Virus record (IMG/VR): IMGVR_UViG_3300039344_000030
Span: 1-48,380 of that record
Length of the DNA: 48,380 nucleotides
DNA from: a virus
Reading direction: 5' to 3' (one strand)
Part shown: positions 31,070 through 40,749 of the stretch, in pieces
How positions within the stretch are numbered: the stretch's first letter is position 1
Layout: each line of letters starts with the position of its first letter
The notes under the pieces: generated by a model
What the model saw: the letters and a program-made list of their open reading frames with translations, nothing else
Told to the model about the DNA's origin: nothing
The model's database searches: none
Position numbers and translations under genes: made by a program

Positions 31070-32257
31070 ATGGCACATTTATATGTGATTGCAGGACATG
31101 GTGCAGGGGATTCTGGTGCAGTTGGGAATGGATATACCGAGGCAGAAAGGGTTCGTGCATTGGCAAGTAAAATCAAACAGTTAGGGGGAGACAATGTTAC
31201 ACTTGGGGATATGAACAGAAATTATTATGCGGACAATGGCATTAGTTCTCTGAACATTCCGAAAGATTGGTGTATCATTGAGTTGCACATGGACAGTAAT
31301 CCGTCTGCAAGTCCGAGGGGCGGTCATGTGATTATCAAGGGAACATTTAGTCCAGATTCACATGACCTTGCGCTCGCTAGTTTTGTTAGTGCAATGTTCC
31401 CCGGAAGGGCAAACAGTATTATTGGAAGAAACGACCTTGCAAACCCGAATAGGGCGGCGGCAAAGGGATATAATTACAGATTGGTAGAATTTGGTTTTAT
31501 TTCAAATGCAACGGATGTATCAATCTTTAATAGCAATCTGGATGCGATTGCGAGGGGTGTTCTGTCATGTTTCGGAATCAATACGAACAAAGAAAAATGG
31601 GTGCTTGACAATGTTGGTTGGTGGTATCAGAGAGCAGACGGAAGTTATCCAAAATCACAGTGGCTTCTGTTGGATTGCTATTACTATTTCAATGACAAAG
31701 GATATGCACTTGCAAATGAGTGGTTAAGTTATGGCGGCAATTGGTATTGGCTGAAAGATGATTGCAGGATGGCGACAGGATGGCAGTACATTGACAAACA
31801 TTGGTATTATCTGAATCCGACAGGGACAAAGAACAAACCAGTTGGTGCAATGTTGGATGGCTGGCAGTTCATCAATGGACAATGGTACTATCTTAGAACA
31901 AAAGCAGATGGAGAACATCCGCATGGTTCGATGGTTGAAGGTTCTGTCACAGTTGGAGAATATGACTATTATTGCAGAGAAGCAGGAACAGACAAGAACT
32001 ATCCGACAGGCAGTATGTTGATGGGATGGAGAAAGGTAACAGAAACAGCAGAAGATGAAACAAAGAAAACAAAATGGTTCTGGTATAACAAAGACAGCAA
32101 TTGTCAGCCTATCGGAAGTATGTTAAAGAATCATTGGATTACAACATCAAATGGCAAAAAGTATTATTTAAAAGATGATGGTGTTATGGCTTGTGATGAA
32201 ACAATGACAATCAGCGGAAAAGAATACACATTCGATGCAAGCGGAGCATTGGTATAA
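31070..32257 (+). CDS. Endolysin: N-acetylmuramoyl-L-alanine amidase plus C-terminal cell-wall-binding repeats
   Basis: VIAGHGAGDSGAVGNGYTEAE...IELHMDS amidase motifs. Aromatic repeats GWWYQ/NWYWL/HWYYL/GQWYYL/KYYL. Confidence 0.85.
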   Translation: MAHLYVIAGHGAGDSGAVGNGYTEAERVRALASKIKQLGGDNVTLGDMNRNYYADNGISSLNIPKDWCIIELHMDSNPSASPRGGHVIIKGTFSPDSHDLALASFVSAMFPGRANSIIGRNDLANPNRAAAKGYNYRLVEFGFISNATDVSIFNSNLDAIARGVLSCFGINTNKEKWVLDNVGWWYQRADGSYPKSQWLLLDCYYYFNDKGYALANEWLSYGGNWYWLKDDCRMATGWQYIDKHWYYLNPTGTKNKPVGAMLDGWQFINGQWYYLRTKADGEHPHGSMVEGSVTVGEYDYYCREAGTDKNYPTGSMLMGWRKVTETAEDETKKTKWFWYNKDSNCQPIGSMLKNHWITTSNGKKYYLKDDGVMACDETMTISGKEYTFDASGALV

Positions 32258-32263
32258 GGGAAT

Positions 32264-32288
32264 GGCGGCAATAAAGCCGCCTTTTCTT
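32264..32288 (+). terminator. Rho-independent terminator
   Basis: GGCGGC-AATAAA-GCCGCC + TTTTCTT. Confidence 0.75.
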
Positions 32289-32289
32289 G

Positions 32290-32318
32290 TTGACAGGACA
32301 AAAATGTTATGTTAGAAT
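32290..32318 (+). promoter_or_regulatory. Sigma-A-type promoter
   Basis: TTGACA-17-(TGt)TAGAAT. Confidence 0.6.
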
Positions 32319-32345
32319 AAAAGAAAAAGAAAGGAGGGAGAACCT

Positions 32346-33932
32346 TTGGCAGAGAAGAAACAGTACAATGTTGAAGTGACAAGGGCGTTGGCAAGTTTCC
32401 CCTATTTTGTGTTAAAGAATGAGGTTACAACAGGCTACAATCTATATACTAAAGAATTGTTGGAAATCAAACAAAACTATCTGGACTATAAAAAGGGTGC
32501 AGAGTTCTACACAGAGGGTAGCAGTGGAGATTATCAACCGTCAAACATTCGGTTCAAGATTGCGAAAACATTGATTGACAAAGAAGCGAGATTCATGTTT
32601 TCACAGACACCAGATGTAACAATACAATCTGTTGATACAAACGAAGAACAGATGAAACAGGTGGAACAGTACCAGACATTGATTGACAAAGTTTTGAAGG
32701 ACAAAAAGAACAATTTTTCAAGGACATTGTTACAGAGTGCAAAAGATTGTTTTATTGGGAAGCGTGTTGCATGTCTTGTGGATTTTTCCGAAGAGGATGG
32801 CATACAGACACATTTCTATAACAGTTTACAGTTCTATTATGAAACAGAGTATGGCTCTGACAGGTTGACGAAGTTTATCAGTTTTGAAAATGTGAATCAA
32901 ACAAAATCAACACAGCAGAGGTTGTATCTTGTAAACAGGTATGAGGAAAGGGACGGAACAATTTATATGAGTTCTATCCTTTATAATGGAACTGGAAAGG
33001 AACAGGAACAGGTTATACCAGAACAGGAAATTGAGTTAGATTACATTCCTGCGGTTGTGATTATCAATGATGGAACATTAGAGGACAAAAGAGGTGTTTC
33101 GGAGATTGAGAGCCTTACAGAATATGAATCTGGTTACAGCAGACTAGGGAATGGAGATATTGACAGTGAGCGTAAGGGAATGAACCCAATCCGTTATACT
33201 GTGGATATGAACTCACAGACAACAAAGAATCTTAGTTCTGGTGCTGGTGCTTATTGGGATTTGAAATCAGAACAAAACCAGAACAATGTTTCGCCACAGG
33301 TGGGAACACTAGCACCGAGTATGAATCATACAGAACCAGTGAAGGTTACGCTTGACCGATTGAAAACAACCATGTACAATGAAATTGATATGCCAAACAT
33401 ATCAGAAGAAACAATGGCAGGAACAATCACAAGCGGAAAGGCATTGAAAGCGTTATATTATCCGTTACAGGTTCGGTGTGATGAAAAACTAAAGGCGTGG
33501 AAACCTGCGATAGAGTTTATTGCAGAAGCAATCATTGACCTTGCTGTGTTAAACAAAGCAGAAGTGATTTCCATGTATGTTCTTACAAGTCTGGATGAAG
33601 TACAGTACAACATTGAAGTGATGGAGAATTATGCACTTGCAGAAGATGAAGAAGAAGAGAAGAACTCAGACCTTGCGGAGATTGCGGCAAATGCACGAAG
33701 CAGGAAGTCTTACATTAAGAAGTGGAGACGGTCAGAGTTCAAAACAGATGCACAGATTGATGAAGAGTTGATGCAGATAGCAATTGAAAACAATATGTTT
33801 GATTCTATGAGTATGAACACACAGGTACAGACAGAATTGAGCAGACGTGGAGTATCTGAAAAGGTTGACGACAATCTGGAAGTGATTGACACACAGAAAA
33901 CATTGGAAGAAACACAAGCAATTGAAGAATAG
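32346..33932 (+). CDS. Portal protein (SPP1 gp6-like)
   Basis: 528 aa, placed before the head-morphogenesis gene. TTG start after AAAGGAGGG. Acidic C-terminus. Confidence 0.75.
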   Translation: MAEKKQYNVEVTRALASFPYFVLKNEVTTGYNLYTKELLEIKQNYLDYKKGAEFYTEGSSGDYQPSNIRFKIAKTLIDKEARFMFSQTPDVTIQSVDTNEEQMKQVEQYQTLIDKVLKDKKNNFSRTLLQSAKDCFIGKRVACLVDFSEEDGIQTHFYNSLQFYYETEYGSDRLTKFISFENVNQTKSTQQRLYLVNRYEERDGTIYMSSILYNGTGKEQEQVIPEQEIELDYIPAVVIINDGTLEDKRGVSEIESLTEYESGYSRLGNGDIDSERKGMNPIRYTVDMNSQTTKNLSSGAGAYWDLKSEQNQNNVSPQVGTLAPSMNHTEPVKVTLDRLKTTMYNEIDMPNISEETMAGTITSGKALKALYYPLQVRCDEKLKAWKPAIEFIAEAIIDLAVLNKAEVISMYVLTSLDEVQYNIEVMENYALAEDEEEEKNSDLAEIAANARSRKSYIKKWRRSEFKTDAQIDEELMQIAIENNMFDSMSMNTQVQTELSRRGVSEKVDDNLEVIDTQKTLEETQAIEE

Positions 33933-33935
33933 TTG

Positions 33936-33963
33936 TTGACATTCTTTGCAGATGTGGTATAAT
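33936..33963 (+). promoter_or_regulatory. Sigma-A-type promoter heading the long structural operon
   Basis: TTGACA-16-(TGg)TATAAT. Confidence 0.6.
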
Positions 33964-33990
33964 TGAAGTATAAAAACAAGGCGGTGAAGT

Positions 33991-34959
33991 ATGGCAAAAC
34001 AAAAGTTCAGTTTGAAAAATGCAGAACAGGTCAGACAAACAACCACCATGTCACAACAGAAAGAAATCAAAAGGTTATATGAACAGTTATACCAAGATGT
34101 GACAAGGAAGGTTGGACAATTAGGAAACAACAATTTACAGAAACAAAACTTGATATTGTTACAGCGTGATATAAAGAATAGGATTGCACAGTTGAACATT
34201 GATATACAGAATGGAATCATCCGAGATATGCGGATAGTTTCCAATGAAGTTGTGGAAGATACAAGAACATTTCTAAAACAATGTGGTTTTCGTGATGAAG
34301 ATATACACAATGCGTTTAGTTATGTTCCAGACCAGATTATCAGAAATATCACAAGCGGAAATGTGTATCAAGATGGGTGGACATTAAGCGGAGCAATATG
34401 GGGATATAACAAAAGAACACAGGAAGATTTGAGCAAGATTATATCCATCGGAACAGCACAAGGGAAGTCAGCAATTGAGATAGCGAAAGAGTTAGAACAG
34501 TATGTTGACCCCAGTGCTAGGAAAACTGCTAAAACAATTCATTCATGGAGATATGACAAAGCAGGAAACAAAATAAAAGACAGTGTATATTTTGGAAAGA
34601 TTGATTACAATGCGTTACGTTTGGCAAGAACATTGATAAGTCATGCGTACCAACAAAGTTTTGAGAATGTAAACAGAAATGACCCTTTTGTTGTTGGGTA
34701 TCGGTGGTTGACTTCTAATTTTCATGGAAGGGTGTGCGAGATATGCAGAGCAAGGGCAGAAACAGACCAGTTTGGTTTGGGTGTGGGAGTGTTCCCAAAA
34801 GACCAACTACCATTAGATCATCCGAATGGGATGTGTACATTTGAAGCGGTGATACCAGACAGTATGACAGATATAGCGAGAAAGATTGGACAGTGGTATC
34901 AAGCACCAATAGGAACATATCCAGACATAGATAGATATGCGTTGGATTTTGTTGCATAA
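33991..34959 (+). CDS. Head morphogenesis / minor capsid protein (SPP1 gp7 / Mu F-like)
   Basis: C-terminal signature WLTSNFHGRVCEICRARAE...PLDHPNGMCTF. Confidence 0.75.
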   Translation: MAKQKFSLKNAEQVRQTTTMSQQKEIKRLYEQLYQDVTRKVGQLGNNNLQKQNLILLQRDIKNRIAQLNIDIQNGIIRDMRIVSNEVVEDTRTFLKQCGFRDEDIHNAFSYVPDQIIRNITSGNVYQDGWTLSGAIWGYNKRTQEDLSKIISIGTAQGKSAIEIAKELEQYVDPSARKTAKTIHSWRYDKAGNKIKDSVYFGKIDYNALRLARTLISHAYQQSFENVNRNDPFVVGYRWLTSNFHGRVCEICRARAETDQFGLGVGVFPKDQLPLDHPNGMCTFEAVIPDSMTDIARKIGQWYQAPIGTYPDIDRYALDFVA

Positions 34960-34993
34960 CAAAGAAAGAGAGAACAGAAAGGAGAACAAACAG

Positions 34994-35407
34994 GTGAAAG
35001 TCCAGAGAGTTTGCAGAAAGTGTGGAGAGGTCAACGAGATTGATTCTAGCAATTTGATTCGTGCAGATGTGTATGATGAAGAAGGAACATACTATAAAAT
35101 CATGTATTGTGATTGCAAGCGTTGTGGAGAGCGTGACGTGGTGCAGATTGACAACACAGAGACATTAGGAATGTTCCGAAAGTTGAAGGATTTGACAATC
35201 AAGGTTGCGAGAAAGAATGTGAAGGGTGAAACAGTTAGTCCGAAGGATGTTCGCAAAAAAGACAAGTGGATGAAGGAATTACGAAAGAAAAGGGAAGATT
35301 TGAATGAACTGTGTAGCGGCAAAAAATTATTTGATGAAAATAAAAAAGTTGTGGTTGAACAGTTGACATTCCAAAAGGTTGGTGATATAATTGAAAGTAA
35401 CTTGTGA
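34994..35407 (+). CDS. Zinc-ribbon protein (paralog 1)
   Basis: GTG after AAAGGAG. CRKCG...CDCKRCGE followed by a basic coiled coil. Confidence 0.55.
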   Translation: MKVQRVCRKCGEVNEIDSSNLIRADVYDEEGTYYKIMYCDCKRCGERDVVQIDNTETLGMFRKLKDLTIKVARKNVKGETVSPKDVRKKDKWMKELRKKREDLNELCSGKKLFDENKKVVVEQLTFQKVGDIIESNL

Positions 35408-35723
35408 TAGATGTCATAAGGAATTTGACAACATATTGAAGGAGAAGGAAAAACAGATTGATGGACAGTGTATCATTAGAACGTATCTGGAATGTCCGCA
35501 TTGTGGAGAACAGTACGATGTTTGTTATGATAGTCAGTCCACGTTGGTTTTAAAGAAACAAATTCGCAGACACACAGCAATGTTGGGAACAATCAGAGAT
35601 GAACACCAATACAGGAGAAAGTTAAAAGGCATTGAGAAGAAACAAAAACGGTTAGAAAGAGAAATGAAAATCTTGCAGACAAAGTATTGCAAATATTTTG
35701 AAGAAGAAGTAAAGGAGAATTGA
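35391..35723 (+). CDS. Zinc-ribbon protein (paralog 2)
   Basis: TTG start. CDRCH...CPHCGE followed by a basic coiled coil. Confidence 0.5.
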   Translation: MKVTCDRCHKEFDNILKEKEKQIDGQCIIRTYLECPHCGEQYDVCYDSQSTLVLKKQIRRHTAMLGTIRDEHQYRRKLKGIEKKQKRLEREMKILQTKYCKYFEEEVKEN

Positions 35724-35725
35724 AC

Positions 35726-36409
35726 ATGGCAGAAGAAGTAAAGGGAACAGGAACAGAAGGACAGCAGGGAACAGAAGGAACACAGAATCAGCAGACACAG
35801 CAGAGTGCAAAACAGCAGACAACGGAAACACAGAAACAGGAAACAGAGCAGAAAGTCGATGTTGAAAAAGTAAAAAGTGAAGCGTTGTCTGGATTTCTGA
35901 AAGACCTCGGAGTTGAGGACGCAGATGCTTTGAAAGGGATTGTAACAAAACACAAGGAAACGGAAGAAGCAAACAAAACAGAGTTACAGAAGAAGGAAGA
36001 TGCTCTGACAGAGACAACAAAGGAACTTGCAAGAGAACGTGAGGGAAGAATCCTTGCAGAAGCAAAGTTATCAGCAGTTCAGTTAGGAGCAAAACCAGAG
36101 TTGGTAGACGACCTTGTGGTTGTTGCAAAAGCAAAGGTAACAAAGGACAAGGACATCAATGCTGTAATTGCAGAAATCAAAGACAGCACATCTGGAAAGG
36201 TGTATTTCAAGTCTGACGAAGAAGAGGAAGAAGAAGCAGGAAAGAACAAAACAAAAGGAAAGACAGTTACCAGAGCAAGGGTAACAAAACCTTCTGAAAA
36301 GTCCAAAGGAAAGGAAGAGGAAGAAGGAAAGAAAGAAGAACACAAAGGCTCTATGGCTGAACGTCTGTTGGCAGGACGGAAGGAAAAGAAAAGCCATTAT
36401 TTCAAATAG
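35726..36409 (+). CDS. Scaffolding protein
   Basis: Q/E/K-rich helical protein directly upstream of the decoration and capsid genes. ATG 9 nt after AAGGAG. Confidence 0.7.
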   Translation: MAEEVKGTGTEGQQGTEGTQNQQTQQSAKQQTTETQKQETEQKVDVEKVKSEALSGFLKDLGVEDADALKGIVTKHKETEEANKTELQKKEDALTETTKELAREREGRILAEAKLSAVQLGAKPELVDDLVVVAKAKVTKDKDINAVIAEIKDSTSGKVYFKSDEEEEEEAGKNKTKGKTVTRARVTKPSEKSKGKEEEEGKKEEHKGSMAERLLAGRKEKKSHYFK

Positions 36410-36421
36410 GAGGTAAAACAA

Positions 36422-36808
36422 ATGCTGAATAACACAGGTATTAAGAAAGAGACATATGGCTCTGGAAAACAGATTCTTTTTGCTGTGGAACACCAAGTTT
36501 CAATGGGAATTGTTGTTGACCAGAGTGTAGGAGTAACAGAGGGAACAAAGAAGATTGCAAAGGCAGGAACACCGCTTACTGGAAATCTTGATGCAAGAGG
36601 AACAGCGTTTACAGCGGCTACAACTTCAACTGATTCAAATGCAGTAGGAATTTTGTTACATGATGTTGATGTTACTGTGGATGATAACAACGGAGCAATT
36701 CTTCTGTTTGGTTTCGTGAACACAAACATGATTGATGGTACAACAAAAGCGAAGATTACCGCAGATGTAAAAAAGGCATTGCCTATGATTAAGTTTGCGG
36801 CTTGCTAA
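36422..36808 (+). CDS. Head decoration-like protein
   Basis: 128 aa, lies between the scaffold and the major capsid gene. SD GGAGG. Confidence 0.5.
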   Translation: MLNNTGIKKETYGSGKQILFAVEHQVSMGIVVDQSVGVTEGTKKIAKAGTPLTGNLDARGTAFTAATTSTDSNAVGILLHDVDVTVDDNNGAILLFGFVNTNMIDGTTKAKITADVKKALPMIKFAAC

Positions 36809-36832
36809 AACAAAGAAAGGGGAAACAAAACA

Positions 36833-37867
36833 ATGAGTATTTACGATTTAATTATCAGCGAAGAGATTGTTGCGTATTGGGAACTGCTTACACAGGAGAG
36901 AGAGCCATACATGGGCGAAGAGTTGTTTCCAGACGACAAGAAGTTAGGGCTTGACCTTAAATGGTTAAAGGGTTCAAATGGGCTTCCTGTTGTTCTGAAA
37001 GCGTCTGCATTTGATGTTGCGGCTATTCCTCGTCCGAGAATCGGTTTCGAGAAGTTAAGCGCACAGATGCCGTTTTTCAAGGAATCAAAGTACATTGATG
37101 AAGAGTTAAGGCAGGAACTTAACAAGGTTATCGAGAGTAACAATCAAGCGTACATTGACGCAGTAGTAAACAGAATCTTCAATGACGAAATGGATTTATT
37201 AGAGGGTGCGGCGGCGCAGAGAGAGCGTATGCGTATGATGGCACTTACGACAGGAACAATTGTTATGGAAGGAAACGGACAGGTATATGAGTATGATTAC
37301 CAGATGCCAGAGAACCACAAAACAACTGTAACAAAGTCATGGAGTGACCCGACAGCAACAATTATGGAGGACATTCGGAAAGGAATCCAGCAGATTGTTG
37401 ATGATACAGGAGTGACACCAGAGAGAGCAACATGTTCTTCCAAAGTGTTTGGATATTTCCGTATTAACAATGAGATTAAGGCTTCCATCATGGTACTCAC
37501 AGATGGTGCAGGGTTTATCTCTGATGCAAAAATCAAACAGTACATTGCGGATGAACTTGGTTTACAGATTGTTGTAAATGACAAGCGTTACAAAGATGAA
37601 ACAGGAACAGCGCAGAGATATGTTGCAGATGATGTGTTTGTTATGTTCCCGTCTGGACAGTTAGGCAACACATGGTTCGGAACAACACCAGAAGAATCTG
37701 ACCTTATGACAGGAAGTGTTGCAAATGTAACAATCACAGACACAGGTGTAGCGGTAACAACCATTCAGAAAGCAGACCCAGTAACAGTTGAAACAAAAGT
37801 AACTATGATTTGTCTGCCAGACTTCCCAACAGCAGACCAAGTTTATATTCTGGATGTAATTGCGTAA
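36833..37867 (+). CDS. Major capsid protein (lambda gpE-like family)
   Basis: N-terminal ...LFPDDKKLGLDLKWLKGSNGLPVVLKASAFDVAAIPRPR typical of the capsid-E family. 344 aa. Confidence 0.8.
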   Translation: MSIYDLIISEEIVAYWELLTQEREPYMGEELFPDDKKLGLDLKWLKGSNGLPVVLKASAFDVAAIPRPRIGFEKLSAQMPFFKESKYIDEELRQELNKVIESNNQAYIDAVVNRIFNDEMDLLEGAAAQRERMRMMALTTGTIVMEGNGQVYEYDYQMPENHKTTVTKSWSDPTATIMEDIRKGIQQIVDDTGVTPERATCSSKVFGYFRINNEIKASIMVLTDGAGFISDAKIKQYIADELGLQIVVNDKRYKDETGTAQRYVADDVFVMFPSGQLGNTWFGTTPEESDLMTGSVANVTITDTGVAVTTIQKADPVTVETKVTMICLPDFPTADQVYILDVIA

Positions 37868-37881
37868 GGGAGGAAAGTAAC

Positions 37882-38199
37882 ATGGCAATGGTAACAGCAA
37901 AAAGAGGACAGCATGTTGTGAAGGTGAGCAAACATTCTTATGAAACACTGTTCCGTAACAAAGGGTACAGGATTGTTGGAGAGGAAGAAGCGAAACCAGA
38001 AACAGACATGATTGACACAGGAGAGTTTGAGGAAGAAGCGGAAGAAGTACATGAGGTTGAAACAATTCCGATTTCAGAGATGAACAAAGAGCAGTTAGCA
38101 GAGTATGCGAAAGAACATGACATTGACACATCTGGTGCAAGAAATGTTCGTGAAGCGAGACAGATTATCCAGAAAGCAATCAGAGAAGCAAAGATGTAG
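37882..38199 (+). CDS. Rho-N/HeH-domain protein
   Basis: ATG 37882 after GGGAGGAAAG. C-terminal MNKEQLAEYAKEHDIDTSGARNVREARQIIQK. Confidence 0.6.
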   Translation: MAMVTAKRGQHVVKVSKHSYETLFRNKGYRIVGEEEAKPETDMIDTGEFEEEAEEVHEVETIPISEMNKEQLAEYAKEHDIDTSGARNVREARQIIQKAIREAKM

Positions 38200-38210
38200 G
38201 CAGAGGGGAA

Positions 38211-38477
38211 GTGAACAGATTGGATGATAACAAAAAGTTAGAACAACTGAAATTCAATTTAAGGGAAAAACAGATTCCTTATTTTGAAGATTCGGAACTA
38301 CAAGCATTGTTAGACAACAATGGTGGAGATGTGAACAAAGCGAGTTATGAAGGTCTGATTATAAAGGCTGAAACAACAGGTTTGAGCGTTAGCGGATTGA
38401 CTACGCAGGACAGTTCCAGTTATTTCAAGATGTTGGCTTCCCGATATGTTTCTACGAACAGTGGGGTGCTGACATAA
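38211..38477 (+). CDS. Head-tail connector/adaptor (putative)
   Basis: Assigned by position after the capsid gene. Start is GTG 38211 or the in-frame TTG 38220. Confidence 0.45.
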   Translation: MNRLDDNKKLEQLKFNLREKQIPYFEDSELQALLDNNGGDVNKASYEGLIIKAETTGLSVSGLTTQDSSSYFKMLASRYVSTNSGVLT

Positions 38478-38860
38478 TGAATGAAGCAAGAATGAAGATG
38501 GAACTCCACAAGGTTTTGAGAGAGATACAGATACATGGAACAGAGTATACATTCTTACGAAAGAGCGTAGATGGATATGGAGAACCTACAAAAGAAGAAC
38601 CAAAACAAGTCGTAAAGGTTCAAGGGTTGTTCCATGTATCAAAGGGGTACATTACACAGAACATACAGGATGGAACAAAGACACACAGCAAAGGACAGCC
38701 AATGCTGATGGTAGCGTATGAGAACACAGGAGAGATACAAACGGATGATTTTTTCATAATAAATGGAAACACATACAAAGTTGTGGAGAAGAACAACATA
38801 CAGGAATATAACATAGTAACAGACATTTCATTGGAGTTGGTTTTAAATGGCAGGAATTAA
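38477..38860 (+). CDS. Head closure / head-tail adaptor (putative)
   Basis: TAATG overlap, 127 aa, assigned by position. Confidence 0.5.
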   Translation: MNEARMKMELHKVLREIQIHGTEYTFLRKSVDGYGEPTKEEPKQVVKVQGLFHVSKGYITQNIQDGTKTHSKGQPMLMVAYENTGEIQTDDFFIINGNTYKVVEKNNIQEYNIVTDISLELVLNGRN

Positions 38861-39203
38861 GATTGATGCTTCAAAGTTGTTGGCAAATCTGGAAAATGCA
38901 GAAACAAAGTCACAGGTTGCAATTCGTATGTTTGCACAGGAGGGTGCAAAGAAGTTTGAGAACTATGCAAAAACACACAGACCTTGGACAGACAGAACAG
39001 GACATGCGAGACAGAGATTGACAGGTTGGGTGGAAGTGTTAGCAAACAAAGTACGAATCCATATCGGACATGGTGTTGATTATGGTGTATATTTAGAGTT
39101 GTGCCATGAAAAGAGGTTCGCAATCTTACAGCCAACAGTAAACGCTTTGTCCAAAGAAGTGCTAGAAGGGTATGAGGAATTAATGAGGTACATGAAACCA
39201 TGA
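38847..39203 (+). CDS. HK97 gp10-like tail-component protein
   Basis: ...THRPWTDRTGHARQRL...GHGVDYGVYLE... pattern, plus position. Confidence 0.6.
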   Translation: MAGIKIDASKLLANLENAETKSQVAIRMFAQEGAKKFENYAKTHRPWTDRTGHARQRLTGWVEVLANKVRIHIGHGVDYGVYLELCHEKRFAILQPTVNALSKEVLEGYEELMRYMKP

Positions 39204-39562
39204 GCAGTATTTTAAAAACAGTTTATGATGTGCTAAAGAAAGATGGAAAAACAGATGTATTCTTCCCTTCACAGCATAAGGGGGAGTGTTTGAAAGAATA
39301 CATTGTTGTAAAGTCAGATGGAACAATTGAAGAAACAACAGTGTCAAGTGAAAGACCAATCTATACATTGTTATGTTATGTTCCACAAGATGAATACAGC
39401 AGATTGGAAACCTTTGTTGCGGAAACAAAACAAAAAATGAAAGAAGTGTTCCCCCTTGTAATGTACATCGGAAATGAAACACCAAGTTTCTATGATGATA
39501 CTGTAAAGGCTCACATGATAAGTTTCCAATATCAAGGGTGCAGAAAAATAGAAAATTGGTAA
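39200..39562 (+). CDS. Tail terminator/completion protein (putative)
   Basis: ATGA overlap, lies just before the major tail protein. Confidence 0.45.
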   Translation: MSSILKTVYDVLKKDGKTDVFFPSQHKGECLKEYIVVKSDGTIEETTVSSERPIYTLLCYVPQDEYSRLETFVAETKQKMKEVFPLVMYIGNETPSFYDDTVKAHMISFQYQGCRKIENW

Positions 39563-39575
39563 GGAGGTAGAACAA

Positions 39576-40277
39576 ATGCCTAGAACAAAAAAGAAAGCGG
39601 TCGGGATTCCTACCATTGATGTTTCGCTTGTTGTTGTAAGAACAGGAACAGAAGATGATGGGTTAGAAATCGCAGTTGACACAGCGAACAAAATCGGAGT
39701 AGAACCGCAGACAGAAACAACGGATGCTGTAAAGTTGGTAAAACTCGGCAGATTGTTAGCACAGAAGCCGTCAGAGACAACAATTACAGGACATCAGATT
39801 ACATTAACAGACAATGTGTTCATTCCAGAACTCGTTCAGATTTTTCAAGGTGGAACAATCGAAGGAGAAGGAGACACACTTGTTTACAAACCGCCAGTTG
39901 CAGGAAGTGCAGAGAAAGGGCAGGTATTTGAACTTGACGCATATTCAGCAGAGTATGATGCAAGTGGACAGATTGTGAAGTATGAAAAGATTACATATCC
40001 GAATTGTCAAGGAACGCCAATCACAATTAACACAGAAGATGGTGTTTTCAGACTTCCAGAATATGTTATCAATTCAGCACCGAAAACAGGAGAAGCACCG
40101 TACACGATTAGTTATGTGAAAGCGTTACCGTCTTTTCCTAGTTCCTCTTCCGTAAATACCGCAAGTGTTATGGCGTTGTCAGACAGTGAAGGGGATAGCG
40201 GAACTGCTCTTGTGAGTGGGGATGCAGAAACAGGTCTGACGAAGAGTGAGAGTACAACAGAAATCGAAACAAAGTAG
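39576..40277 (+). CDS. Major tail (tube) protein
   Basis: 233 aa, lies directly upstream of the chaperone pair and tape measure. SD AAGGAGG. Confidence 0.65.
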   Translation: MPRTKKKAVGIPTIDVSLVVVRTGTEDDGLEIAVDTANKIGVEPQTETTDAVKLVKLGRLLAQKPSETTITGHQITLTDNVFIPELVQIFQGGTIEGEGDTLVYKPPVAGSAEKGQVFELDAYSAEYDASGQIVKYEKITYPNCQGTPITINTEDGVFRLPEYVINSAPKTGEAPYTISYVKALPSFPSSSSVNTASVMALSDSEGDSGTALVSGDAETGLTKSESTTEIETK

Positions 40278-40304
40278 AACAAAGAGTAAAAGGAGAATAA
40301 GAAC

Positions 40305-40727
40305 ATGGCAGGAACAAAAACGAAAAAAGCAACAGTAGCAACCGTAACATCAATTGAGGAATTGAAACAGTATTCCAACGGAACATTGGTAGAACTTCCT
40401 TGCTTTGCAGAAGGTCAGCCTTTTGTTGCGAGATTGAAAAGACCTTCCCTTCTTGGAATGGTGAAACAGGGAAAGATACCAAACACATTGCTTGTTCGTG
40501 CAAATGAATTGTTTGTACAGGATGGAACAGGGTTTGACCCCGATGAAGAAAACATGATGGCACAAATGTTTGATGTGTTGGAGTTGATGGCACAGGAAAC
40601 ATTTGTAGAACCTACATATTCAGAAATCAAAGATGCAGGAATCGAGTTGACGGACGAACAGATGATGTTCATTTTCAACTATGCACAGCAGGGGGTAAAG
40701 GCATTAGAATCCTTTCGTACAGAGTAG
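40305..40727 (+). CDS. Tail assembly chaperone (gpG-like)
   Basis: Position immediately before the tape-measure gene. Acidic 140-aa protein. Confidence 0.65.
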   Translation: MAGTKTKKATVATVTSIEELKQYSNGTLVELPCFAEGQPFVARLKRPSLLGMVKQGKIPNTLLVRANELFVQDGTGFDPDEENMMAQMFDVLELMAQETFVEPTYSEIKDAGIELTDEQMMFIFNYAQQGVKALESFRTE

Positions 40728-40749
40728 GAAAATAGAGAGCGTCCTCGCT

